A DNA stretch of 62,921 nucleotides, counting the filler, from Dugesia japonica (Eukaryota): assembly GCA_001938525.1 (NCBI GenBank). It is 6 parts of 6 records of this genome, joined end to end, with 100 filler letters (N's around TTAATTAATTAA, not from the genome) between each part and the next. Parts side by side here need not be neighbours in the genome. Positions count along the whole stretch, not along the records: positions 35,963 to 44,323 come from MQRL01608324.1; positions 44,424 to 52,912 come from MQRL01471021.1; 4 more parts are not named here. The stretch is one strand, 5' to 3'. The notes under the pieces were generated by a model. That model was not told where the DNA came from. It saw only the letters and a list, made by a program, of their open reading frames with translations, and ran no database searches. Shown piece by piece: positions 35,863 to 48,628 of the stretch (position 1 is the stretch's first letter; each line of letters opens with the position of its first letter). Position numbers and translations under genes: made by a program.

Positions 35863-35962
35863 NNNNNNNNNNNNNNNNNNNNNNNNNNNNNNNNNNNNNN
35901 NNNNNNTTAATTAATTAANNNNNNNNNNNNNNNNNNNNNNNNNNNNNNNNNNNNNNNNNNNN
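35863..35962. other. Artificial contig linker
   Basis: N44-TTAATTAATTAA-N44. Confidence 0.97.
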
Positions 35963-36493
35963 GAGAATAAATACTTATGGGGAATAACTGAGGTGTGTCA
36001 ACATATGTCAAATCTTTTGAAGTCTCAGGTGCAACTGGTTTATAAAATTGATAAGATAAATATCGAGAAAATTGTTAGCGAAATGCAAAAAAATGGTTAA
36101 GATGAAAACCGGTGTAAGTCCAAGGAAATATACTATCTCATGGAAAAGTATAACTATGATAATATAGATTATGGTATCCGAGAGGTGATGGAAAATTTTA
36201 ACTTGATAAAAACATTTATAACCATTTTATTAAATTTTAGGACTACAATTGAGAACTTATTAAAATTGAATTGACATAAAATGATTATTTTCAGGAGAAA
36301 TCGCTTTATTATTAGTTAGTTTGCAGGGGTGCTGATGACTCAAATTCAAGAGGAAAAATTGATTTAAATTGTAGCCCACCGTTTAAATTTCTTTTTTATA
36401 TTTAAACTCCTCCCACCACTTCTTCGAGGTAAATACTGGAGTTAATTAAATCTGAGACAAAATAGACTGGGGGGAATTGTTATAAATTAAAGC

Positions 36494-36667
36494 TTGAACC
36501 CAAATATAACGGTTTGTGGGCGTGCACCTCCCATTATGAGTGAGGTCAACCACCATGAACTGAATACCTACCCTAGGGACGGTAGGTTAAATTCTTGAAC
36601 GGGTTCCCCTGAGGGCTGTTTTTCCCCAGCCACGATATTTTTCTCTCGACTCAGGTGGGACCCCAAC
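36494..36667 (+). repeat. Dispersed structured motif, copy 1 (candidate cis-acting RNA)
   Basis: Homologous to 44063-44234(-) and 61425-61595(+); stems show compensatory changes. Confidence 0.85.
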
Positions 36668-38139
36668 AATATTAATAATAATAACGATGATAATACTAAA
36701 TGGTGATAATATTAGTAATAATAATAACAATAACAATAACATTGGCAAGAATCAACATTATTAGTAATGATAACAACCATTATGGTGAAATTAAAAAATG
36801 TTAAATTAAAGTTAAGATGTGATCGTCCCGAGAAACCTTATGGGTTATAAATATTCACTCACAACCATGATAACAGCCGGGTACCCTCGAAAGGTCCCTG
36901 TTATCGTTGGTAAAATAATAGGATAAAAACGGTAATCTTAATGACACGAATAATATTAGACGTTAATATGTAGTAGGAAGCTGATATAAAAGAAAAATAT
37001 CGGACAACAGCAATTCACCTGGTTATAAAAACCACCGTAATAATAGCGAATATCAATACTNNNNNNNNNNNNNNNNNNNNNNNNNNNNNNNNNNNNNNNN
37101 NNNNNNNNNNNNNNNNNNNNNNNNNNNNNNNNNNNNCACAACGAAATTTATAACATTCAACTGATGGAATTTATAGTACAAACACTAATCAAAACGATTT
37201 AATCGACGATAATTTTACTCATTTCAGGAATCACTAATTATATTTAATCATCATTATATTTACGTGTGTGGAGACATATTGAGTAATTACTGATAAACTG
37301 CCCCGTCGATGATTTGTAGATAGAGTTAACCGTACTATCTTTAATCTATACATATCTAATGCAGGCAAGCCCCTTGGAATAAAACAGTGTGTTACGATCT
37401 CATTCCGTTAGTCACAACATTATCTAGGTGACTAATAAAATTTTATTAGAATGAAAGGTCTCTGTTTCTCTACAATGATAATTCTGTCATCACCACAAGT
37501 GATTAGCTAAAACAACAAACACACACCGTTGTGATGGAGTTTCTGTATTCATCAGCTATAAGTTATATAAGTTAGCCTATAACTCAATTTCTAGCCATAT
37601 GACAAATAGCAATTCCGTATTTACTGGAACAGAAATTTCTTATGAAATCATCGATTCATCGTTATAATATCACTGGGAAATTGGATTCATAATTTACGTC
37701 ACAGAAATATCTTGGATTTTATTGCAAGGAGATCAGTTTATTTGCCGATTAATTTATCGATTTATATGAAAATTCTGTTTATGATAAAAATTAAAAGGTT
37801 AATGAGTGTAATTATTTATATAATGAAATACTTCTCATGATAAGAATGTATAAATAACAATGCTTACTATTTTCTTAGAACTGATTCTGAAAAAGGGATA
37901 AATCAATGAATTGCCAATTCGTTTTGACCGAAAATAGTGAGTAGATTTTTCCTTGTTTTCGAATATTGTTCTCAGCTAATAACTATATCGTGGAATCCCT
38001 CTTTTATTGTTTATTCAACTATATATGAAAATTTCCGTTAAATAAATACGATAATGCTTGAATCCAAATTAGATTTTTTATAGAAATAAGTCACGCTTTC
38101 TTAATAACACTTTTATACAAAATTAAATGGTAAAAGGCT

Positions 38140-38480
38140 TTAAGTTTTCGGGGGCCTTTTAGAGGATTTTCCCTGCACCCCTACTTTCTTTACATTGGAT
38201 ATTATTTTTAGTTTCTGGTTTGCCGCTTCTTATTGGCAGCAGATCTGAATTTTCTAAAATTTTTATGATTTCTAGCTTTTCGATTGGTGCCTATTTTTAG
38301 TACACCTTGTGATTTTTAGGCTTTATTCTTCGTATAATTTCTGGCCCCTCATTGCCCCATTCTTCAAAACATTTTCTAGACCTTTCTGATGATGGTAAAG
38401 CTTTCTTGTTGAAAAATCCAATTGCCCCGTAAGTTTTTCTCTTCAATTTTTCTTGTTTCCATATTCTGTAACCTTCCAGA
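38140..38480 (-). promoter_or_regulatory. Repeat-borne multi-CCAAT + TATA promoter module, copy 1
   Basis: ATTGG at ~38194, 38233 and 38283; shares attggtgcctatttttag.caccttgtga with the 55540-55800 copy. Confidence 0.6.
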
Positions 38481-40639
38481 GTGAAGATATACACCAAAAA
38501 CAGACTTTTCTTAATTTAATTCTTTTTCAAAACAAAATTAATTAATTTTTTCTCATATTTTCTTATTTTTATTAATACATATTTTCTCGTTTTTATATGA
38601 GAAAATATAATTTTTTTAATTAATTTTATTACCTCTTTATTAAGTTGTGACAGCGTATTCATCCGTTTAATACTTTAACGATTTCAGCTATTTCCCATTA
38701 TTTAATATTAATTTATCTTTGACATGTACTTTCTATTAATCAATATGTTTCGAATAGTTTTTCCTTTCCTCTTTTTGCCTATGTTTGAAACCCTTTTAAG
38801 TTATTATTTTCATGATCGGGTTTTTCACCCCAACAATAGTTACACGACAAAAAAGCTACTGTGTTGGCAAACATCTGTAATCTTTGGCAAGAGCACTAGA
38901 AGAATCCGTAATTCTGAATGAAATTTGAATAAATGTATACTGGAACATTTGTCGTTCGTAATCGAAGAGTCAGTGATTTGATCAAATAGCATCAAAATGA
39001 TTTTTCCAAAGACGATTTACCACAAGGACCTAGGATAGATGATAACAGTTTAGGAGAACACTATCAAATTTCTAAGGGCATCGGGGTATCTACCCCTAGA
39101 ATAGAAAAAAAGAATTACTGGAAATCAAGCTAAATGAATGTGGTACTATGGAGAAAGAAGATTAACACAACCCTGAAGCCCAATAAATCTCTTAAAATTA
39201 TTATCTATTATTTATTTATCACTTTTATTTAGCATTGTTGACTTTAAAAAGTTGACATTTTAAAATCTAATCTAATTATCAAATTAAAATTATTCAATAA
39301 TAATAAATCACTTGAAATATTTATTTATTATGTTGAGATGATTTTGGGATTATTGGAAACCCAAATCAATTTGAGAAAATTCTTTAAAGATTATAAAATA
39401 ATTCAGGTATTGATAAATTTATTGGTCTTAATGTCGTTAATATATCAAATAATATGAATGTACATAAACTATATAGTCTGCTATTAAATAAAATTCACAA
39501 AATTTACTTTTAAAATGTTTATAATTGTATCAAATTTTTACAATAGAAATTCAGGCGTTACTATTTTGATTGCTAGTCGTTTTTTTGCAATTTGAAAGAG
39601 GGTAATAATTCTAATTTCACTTCGTTTTTTATACTAGCGATTTACATGTGACCTTAATAGAATTCACCTAATTTTTTTTTGTAAAAGCATGTTGAAAATT
39701 TAAAAAATCTAATAAAAATAAAAATTTACATTTGGAAAATTAAAACCATAAATATTTTTTCAAAAATTAGTATTATCATAAAAATATTTACCATAATTAG
39801 ATTTATTTATAAATTCTAATAATCGAATCGAATCTGCAAATCATTAATAATTACATTAATATAATAACAGTTTGGAAATTGAAGTGCTAATTTGCATTCG
39901 AATCTAATAATGATTAAAAATTACATTTAAAATCAAATAATTACATAATCAGTTTGGAAAATAAAGTACTAATTTACATAACTAAAGACATAAAAAGTGA
40001 TGGGGATCACAAAGTGAATAAATCAATTAGTAAAAATATCGGACTACCTGGATCTTCTGATTTATTGAACTTGATATTGTTTTCTGTTTTGATGTGTATG
40101 TTGTGGGATTATGTTTGATGTTATTCATTATGGGATCGCATGCTTGTGTATTAGGTGTTATTTTCCCCAAAAATTATTTATTTATCGCTATAATTTATCG
40201 TTTTTGACTTAAAAATGAGAATCACCTGTCCCGGGGAATTAGCTGTCCAAGTAATCAAATGTCGGAGTATCAAAAGTCACATCACCATTTTTAATATTAA
40301 ATTTTATCAAATTTCAAATTTTACTAAATTCGAAATTTAATTATGTTCAACAAAATATTCTTTGCAATTCATAAATTTTTATTAATGTTGTTGGGCTTCT
40401 AGGTTTTTGGTGTTATTTATCTATTCACTTTTATTTCTTTCTCGAGTATCTTTGCTATGGGTAGTTACTCAGAAACCGGCAGAAATTTGGTCAACACCGT
40501 CAGTGTTGAGACCATCTACCCCGGATTTCAGACGAGACTTTGCGGTATTCCGTCATTTAAAAAGTCTTGAATGTTAACGCTCATAATTAATTTGTGTATT
40601 TAGAGAACAAAGAGAAACTCTTGAAATATAAATTTATTC

Positions 40640-42514
40640 ATGGCGAACCGAAAATCGTTTCTTCTGTAATGATGCAGCTAGGTTCGATAATATATTTCCC
40701 TTCATACTCGTGTCACAACACAACACATAAGAAATTTATGTCCATTGTGCTGCCCAGAGCTTGAATTTAGCAATTTCAAATGCCTGTGAAGTTCAATCTG
40801 TTCGAAATTGCATGAGCACAGTTGGAATATTGTACAACGTCTTTAATACTCTAAAAAGGCAACTTGTTTTATCATCTGCCATATCACAGATATGCCCGAA
40901 ATCCCATATAACAAAATTGACGCAGATGTGTGCAACATGATGGGTAGAAAGGTACAACTCTGTATCTGCATTCTTGGAAATTCAAGATGCTGTTTTTTCT
41001 GCCTCGGATGATATAAAAGAGTGGACTGATAGAGATTCGTCATCACAAGCCACGCAGCTTCTCTGAACCATTAAGCAAACAGATTTCAACACTGCTCTGC
41101 ATCGCACAGCTCAAGTGCTTAACTATAGAAAACAATTGTGTAAAGAACTTCAAAAGATAGACCTTGATCTTGTAGAAGATATCATGGCAGAGGTGCAACG
41201 ATTGAGAATAGAAGCAGATTCTGAATTTAAGAAGTTGTATGGTGCTGTATCTGAAGTTGCAGAAAAACATGATTTTTCATTAAAGCAACCAAGAATAACT
41301 AGCCAACAAACTAAACGATGTAGCATTTCAATTACATCTGATGAAGAATATTACAAGATTGCAATTTACATTACATTCTTGGACTCGTTCATAAGTCAAC
41401 TTCAATCGAGATTCTCGAATCACAAGAGAATTCTTCGAGGTTTTCAGTGTCTTCCTAAAGATCTGAATAATTCACCATCTTGCAAACAGTTGGAGGACAT
41501 TAAGCATCTTATTGATTTTTATTTTGAAGATCTAGATTGCGATGTAGATTCGGCTATTACAGAAATGAAACTATGGTATCGTCGTCTGTCACGTGTGAGC
41601 CGAAATGGATTTCCAAGAAATGCTCTAGAGGCTCTAGCAGTCTGTAATGTTACATTGCAAGCAAATATCAGAAAGCTTCTGCAAATATTAGCCACACTAC
41701 CAGTATCGACATGTACCAGTCAGCGTTCATTTTTAACTCTCCCACGTTTGAAAACGTATCTACGAAACACTACTAGCGAAACACGACTCAATGTACTGGC
41801 CCTTTTTAAATATCCATCGCGAACATACCCCAACTACCGATGAAATAATCAATGAATTTATCAAACAGAAAGGGCGTTTGGACTTTACATTATGGCCTAA
41901 AATGATATAACTGTTGCTGGTTGATGACTGTGGTTTACTTGAAAGTTGAACTTAAAAGTATTTAATAAATAAATTTGAAGATTTTAATTAATTTGGAATC
42001 TGCCTATTTGTTTGTAAAATACCTGTATTTTAGACATCAGATGTTTTTATACTTTCTTATACATTTTAAGTTTTGCGCTATCATAAAACTATACATTGTT
42101 TTCACTGTGTAGGATATCCAGTTCCTCGAAATAGGGTTGCTTAGGAATAGCGTCGGCGTAAAACTTTGCTTCGCATTCCCTAGTATAGCTGATTGACCGT
42201 TCAGCTTTCCAAGCCAAGTATATGGTTGTTTAAAAAGTTGTAGTTAAAGATTTAATTGGCTATCTGTCTTGCTGTTGGGGAGCAGCCGACCACCCAAGCT
42301 TGCTTGGACGTTTGTCAGATGGTCGCAAAAAGGCGATGATGATGAATAGGTACAGTGTCATAATATCAGTAAAATAATAATTATAAAATTTTGCAGACCC
42401 CCTAATCGCGTGCGCTCACACCTTTGACGTCTTTGTTGTTTTATAATGTAAGTAAAAACAAAAATTTTGACAAAAATTTAAACCCCCCTTCATATATTCC
42501 CGGCTACACAACTG
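40640..42514 (+). mobile_element. hAT transposon 3' part (PRKRIR/ZMYM1-like transposase)
   Basis: HCAAQSLNLAIS, CAT*WVER, LDSFISQLQSRF, and the hAT-C dimerisation motif LATLPVSTCTSQRSF..L.RLKTYLRNTTSETRLN. Candidate end ...ggctacacaactg. Confidence 0.88.
42112..42345 (+). mobile_element. Possible SINE / RTE-derived insertion with a (GAT)n tail inside the hAT 3' region
   Basis: GC-richer island ending ...aaaaaggcgatgatgatga, with an internal hairpin cgacca...ccaagc-ttgcttgg...tggtcg. Confidence 0.4.
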
Positions 42515-44062
42515 GTGGCAACAATACAATTAAAATATTCAATCTGTTTTTCCCCTTATCCCGAATTTTTTTTTCAAAGTTAACCATATTCGAGTTTTAA
42601 CGAAAAAATTATAATTTTTCCTAATTGTTCTTTTCTATCAATATTTCATTTTGATATACTTATATAAAGATAATTTTTATGCGGGCGACCATTTTGTTAG
42701 ATATAAATGTCCCAAAATTAAAATAATTTGTATAATTGAAGAAATTTGTGATATGCCTTTTAGTTGTATTATAGTTTCTTTTTTTGTAAAAATTAAATTT
42801 CAATCATTTTCAATTTATAATTTTGTCTATAAAATGTATTCATTGTTTATTTTAATATTTTGTATAACTGAACCATTATTTTCCTTTAAACACTACACAA
42901 ATTAAATAATTATTTTATTAAATATAATAAAAATTCCAGTATTGATCAAAATAAAGTTTACATTAATAATAAATTATAAGTCTTTTTGATAACTCAAAAG
43001 CTCTGAAATATTTACTGTCTAAAATCTACTAAAACTTTTCATACTTTGGTCATTGAATTATACTCCATTTTGTAAAACTTTATGGTAATTTTTTGTTTAG
43101 ACAATTCACAATAATTTCAGCATGAAAAGCTCTGAAACGGAAAATCTTAAATCGCATTTACAGCTCATAATATTACCAAAAATTAATAATAAAAATTCTT
43201 ATTTTTATGTTTGCTTAATTGCTAATGCGAAACTTGACCATAATTGTTTTAATGATTCTGGTCCTACTTATTCCATTAAGAAAATTGAATTATAACGAAT
43301 ATTCTGAAAATTTTAAAAGTAATGCTGTTATAAGCTAAAATAAGAAATATTTTAAATATTAATTTTAATATTAAGTTATTCTTAAAGTCATTAAAAATTC
43401 AGTGCAATATCGAAACAGCATTCAATGATTTCATTGACTCCGCAAATTGCGATTTTATTTAAATGGGAAACAATAAACTTCGTCACGATGGCAAAAATGC
43501 ATATATTCCGGTGGTGCTTAGTTTAATAAAATTTTTGTAATGGACTTAGTTATTACAGTTTAAAGTTTGGCTTCAAAAGCCGCAATTACTTTTATAATGT
43601 TCGACTGGGTCGACTATTTAAGAGTTGTGGGTTTTGAGGAATTTCTTGTGCGTTTTCGTTCATCTCTGTATAGATCCAATAAATGCATGTTTAATATATT
43701 TTCCATATTCGGTAATGAAAATTACTATCACTTTTCATGCTAAGATGGTATTACTCCGTGTGGTAAATGGATTTCTTGACGCTATTAATTGGTATAGTGA
43801 CATTAAGGTTAGATACTCTAATTTATGATGCGAGGGAGCATGTTAATTAAGTATGACTCTTATTGCGGTAACTTTATTCTAAATTTCAACTCCATAGTTG
43901 ATCAGAAAAAGCAACTGTAAAATTGTTATCGAGCTCATGTTTGGAACAACAATAAAATGGACTCGTGATATTAATTCTAATCTTGCCGATAATAATTACA
44001 GTAACCATGCATACAAAATTTTAGAACGACACAGTCATAATCATTTGTTCAGTGTTACAAGT

Positions 44063-44234
44063 GTTGGGGTTCCACCGGAGTTGGGAAAAATTGTGACTGG
44101 GGAAAAAACAGTCCTCAGGGGAACCCTTTCAAGAATTTAATACCCTACCGTCCCTATGGTAGGTTTTCAGTTTATCGTGGTTGACCTTACCCTTGATGGA
44201 AGGTGCTTGCCAATAAACCTTTGGTTCGGGTTCT
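44063..44234 (-). repeat. Dispersed structured motif, copy 2
   Basis: Its reverse complement aligns with 36494-36667. Confidence 0.85.
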
Positions 44235-44323
44235 CTATTTTCCCAGTACCGTTTAGACAACTTAAACCAATTTTATTAATTAACTTTCTTTTATTTATAC
44301 GGGAAATTAAGTCAGTTTTATTA

Positions 44324-44423
44324 NNNNNNNNNNNNNNNNNNNNNNNNNNNNNNNNNNNNNNNNNNNNTTAATTAATTAANNNNNNNNNNNNNNNNNNNNN
44401 NNNNNNNNNNNNNNNNNNNNNNN
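44324..44423. other. Artificial contig linker
   Basis: N44-TTAATTAATTAA-N44. Confidence 0.97.
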
Positions 44424-45480
44424 AACGTAAAAGAAATGCAACTTAACACAAAAGATCTCCTAAATTCCACATTCCCTACATCCCCTTTTTATTGAATTTT
44501 TTAAGCTTGTCCACATTCCTTTCTAAACATTTCCCGTTCTACCTTACAAAAATATATTGTCTATCATAAGCCTTTTCAAGAATTTTAAGTTCCTTGAAAG
44601 ATTTCTTGATTGTATATACCTCTTGTTGTGCTAACACTTGTTCTCCAACTTTAAATTTTCTCCTTGATAGCGCTTGTTGTAACTGTTGTCTACATTTTGT
44701 CTTTTTGCTTCTTTATAATTCTAATAAAAACAACGTTCTCTACTCAATTGCCCATCAAAAACTATTTCTGAGAGAAATTTTGTGAAAGATTTCTTAATTG
44801 TCACTTTTAATGGAAATTCCACTTCAGTCAAAATATCTCACCAATCAGTACATCTTTTATGCCGAAAAGAAGCATTAGTACTAAATTGCATTGTAATTAT
44901 CCTATTCGTCTTATGATTCTAAGAAAAGATGTACAAAGTTTAATATTTAACTATTGTGCAAAATCTTTCATCGCTTTTAATTCAAAGTTTCTATCACAAT
45001 TTTGACCGTATCTCCCACTTGCATCCAAACTTTAAAATTCAATATTTAAATATCGCTTGAAGAAAAGTAATTTCATAATGTCTGATTAAAGCTACTAATA
45101 CCACATATCTTGTACATTTATCGATAATTCTCAAAATATACTTTTTTCTACATTTAGTTTCCTTAAATGGTTCACAAATATCTATAGACATAATTTCAAA
45201 ACAACCTAGAAGCTCAGAAATACCCTCTTTCATCTTATGAGTGATTTATTTAACCTTCCAATGAATTTCACAGCTCCTTACAATCTCTCTAAGGTGATTT
45301 ATTAATTGATTTCCTTAATAATTGTTTTCATGTACTCAAGTGTTCTCTTCATTTCCGTGTGATATAATTATCTATGAATATCTCTTTATAATTTTTCACT
45401 TGATCTACTTGAATCCACATTTTCCATGTACCTATTTCTTCTTCAAAAATCTCATGGTTTAATTTCTCTTCCACAGCAAT
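44424..45480 (-). mobile_element. pol: Gypsy remnant: integrase, PPT and start of 3' LTR (related to gypsy C)
   Basis: FEIMSIDICEPF...KYILRIIDKCTRY. PPT aaaaagggga (44481-44490) followed by TGTAGGG. Confidence 0.82.
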
Positions 45481-46928
45481 TTCCTATAAAGTATACATAT
45501 CATTGTAAGTCAATAACTGAATGGGATCACTCAAAGACATTAAAATGCACATGACATGCCAGGAATACAAAAGAAGATAAGTGGTTCAAGTCTATTGTGA
45601 GTTAAAGATTTTTGTTGAAATTGCTTATAGAAATCAGCTAAAAGAAAAACGTCAAACTTTAAATGACCATAATAAAATTAAAAGAATTCTTACTTTCATG
45701 GTAGCTTTAATAGCTTACATTTTAATAGCTTTACCTTAAGTTTCATCAGTTAAACCATTCTATTTAGGAAACATAGAATACTTGTAAGCTTGAAGCAAAT
45801 TCGTACAAGAAAATCTCCTTATACTTAACAATTCTATTAGCGCCAAACTCTATAGACGTTAACGGTGTAGAATTTATAGTTTTTATAGTAGCATGAAGTT
45901 TTAATAAACTGATAATTATCGATGAACCTAATAGTATTTTAAAAATTGGTATCGTTGAACTCAGAATTAAATTTTCTATATAGATTTTACGTGTTTTTGT
46001 CGAAACAATTTTGGTGCTTAAGATAAAGGTACTATCACACTAAGCTACTCTGATATTGGTCTAGAAATGTCTTAGTCAATAATGGTCATACGTCTTTGAA
46101 TTTTGTACAATTAGACTCTGAATAATAGGTTACTTACACCTTGTCTTAAGAACTTATAGTGACAATTCCTGGTTGAGGAGATAATATATAATTACGTAAT
46201 TAATTATAAATTAAAATCATAATTAAAATACTATTAAAGATTAAGATATTTTTAAACCATTGAACTCAGAATTAAAAACTGCATAGGGATATAATTTTAC
46301 TATTTTCAAACCATGATTGGTTCTCAGAATAAAGTGTATGAGTTTTCTGAAACACTCATCCCCTTTGGTTTCATTATTTTGGATCGTAACCGAAACCATT
46401 TGATAGAAAATTAAAAGGTTTGTCAGGAATGTATGATTCCTTCGATATAAATATTTAATTTCTCAGTCAACACTGACTGTATGATGTTTAATTTTGTGCC
46501 ATTATTCCTAGAATTAAAAATTGATTATAATTTATTTAGGATTTGTTATATAAATATGCTTAGTTTCCAAGATAAAAACACTTTGTCTTTGATTAAGAAA
46601 TTTCTCAGTTAATATTAATCATATGGTGTCATTAAATTCAGAAATTAAAACTATCAATAAATTGTCTAAATGACTTATAACTAAAAATTCTTGATTCTCG
46701 AAATAAAATATAATTATTGATTATATTTATAATTGTTTTTATTTTTAAACCATAATAATCAGAGTAATGAAATACAATAAACTCTTTCTTCTTGATGAAA
46801 AGGTAGTAGAAAATTTCTACATGTTTTATGTTGTTTAAGTTTTATAATTAATGAAATAATTAAAATTTTTCAATTTGAAAGTATTTTAAATTGAACCTAT
46901 TTACACTGGAAAAGTTAACATAATAATA

Positions 46929-48628
46929 AACACATACCTCCCTATACAACCGCTCTTTATACGGCATTTCGCTATAACGTTTTCGATTTACGGCCTAAAA
47001 TGTTTCGCTATAACAGTAAAAAAACTTTTTTTCAATGTCGATATATCTACTCGTTGCCAATCTTGCGCAAGCACAATCTTGCTGCACACTCTTTTTTATT
47101 TCCTCTTGTTTACGAGCGTTATTCAGTGTGTGCTTATAAAGGGGCAGGTTTAGACTTGTCAGTGAGAGTTTTATTTACATATTTATTACTGATTGTTACA
47201 CATTAACTGGAAAAAGGGCAATAACAAACGGAGAATGCCAATGAGTCAAAGAACTATCCAGAAAAAAAGCTTTAAGTATTTTCAAAAATTTAAAGAATGG
47301 AGATACCGATGAATCTACTGAAGACGTCACAAGCCGAGAATGGTTTGAAAAATTCAAAAATAGATAATTTGAAAATGAAAGGTGAAGAAGCTAGCGCCGA
47401 TGAGGCCGCATCTAAGGAATGTCCCAACATTTTATAGGGAATTATAGAAAGAAGTGGTTATAAACCTGAACAAGTGTTTAACGTAGACGAAACAGGATTT
47501 TATTTGTAGCGAATGCCTGATGGCACGTACATTTAAAAAAACAAAAACTCTGCGCCTGGTTATAAGGTCGAAAGAACGATTGACTTTGCTACTTGGTGCA
47601 AATACCACGGGTAATTTTAAGCTAAAACTACTTTTAAAATATTTGTCCGAAAATCCAAGGCCTCTTAAAGGACTTAATAAAAATCAATCACCCGTCATAT
47701 GGAGATCCTATTTAATTTATCCGAACTATCTGAAGATGTCATGATTAAGTACCTTCCAAAAAATACAACAGTTCTGATCCAACTAGTGGATCAGGGTGCA
47801 ATAGGCACTTTTAAGGCATATTACCTACGCCAAACATTCCGACAACTTATAAAGGAAACCAATGGCAAATCTTCAATTAAAACATTTTATGGAAAGACTA
47901 TAACATCAAGGATGCTGTTGACAGCATCAGTGAATCATGGAAAAAATTAAAATTAACACCAATGAACCATGACTAGAAAAATATAGGGCCAGATTGTGTA
48001 AAAGTACTGACACAGAAGTAAATTTAGTTCCGGAAAATAAGCAAAACATTTTGGATCTAACACATCATCTCGGCTTTGAAGGTTTGAACGAACGTGATGT
48101 GCTTGATCTACTTGAAGCTGGTAGGGAACCCCTTTCTTATGAGGAAATCATTCAGTTGCAAGCAGAACCGGCATTTGATGAAAAGACAGAGCCTGTTAGA
48201 TCCAAACAGCTAACATCAAAACATTTGTCGAAAGCTTTTTCCTATTTTGAACAAGGAATAAACATCCTGCTTGAAAACGATCCTGACGTCAAATGTAGCG
48301 CTAAAGTTCTTTAAATCAGGTCTATCCTTACCAGCGAAAAATGATGACGACAGTGATCTGCAGGTAAACATTTATTCATCGTCTTCAGATTAAAGCCATT
48401 TTAAAAATAATTATTTCTGTTATTATTTTATGTACAAATGTATGTAATTGTAATAAAAAGATAAAATGCATTTTGAATGATAAACCATGTTACATATTTA
48501 ACAAATTTGGAACCGATCCAATTGAAATTTTATAAATTTGTATTAGAATAATTGATTTCTTATACGGCTTTTCGCTTTGCAGCCAAGTTTCATGGAACGT
48601 ATCTAAGCCGTAAAGCGAGGTATGGGTG
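46929..48628 (+). mobile_element. Tigger/pogo DNA transposon, internally deleted, TA TSD
   Basis: Imperfect ~22-bp TIRs (..catacctc.ct.tac..) flanked by TA. Transposase remnants WFEKFKNR, GEEASAD, QVFNVDETG, KERLTLLLGANTTG, LPKNTTVLIQLVDQGAI.TFKAYY. Confidence 0.9.

Noticed and set aside
37537-37585. Hammerhead-like CTGATGA-ataca-GAAAC on the - strand
   Set aside because: Stem III (GAGT/ACTC) is possible, but stems I and II do not pair and the core is not seen in the homologous region near 58140.
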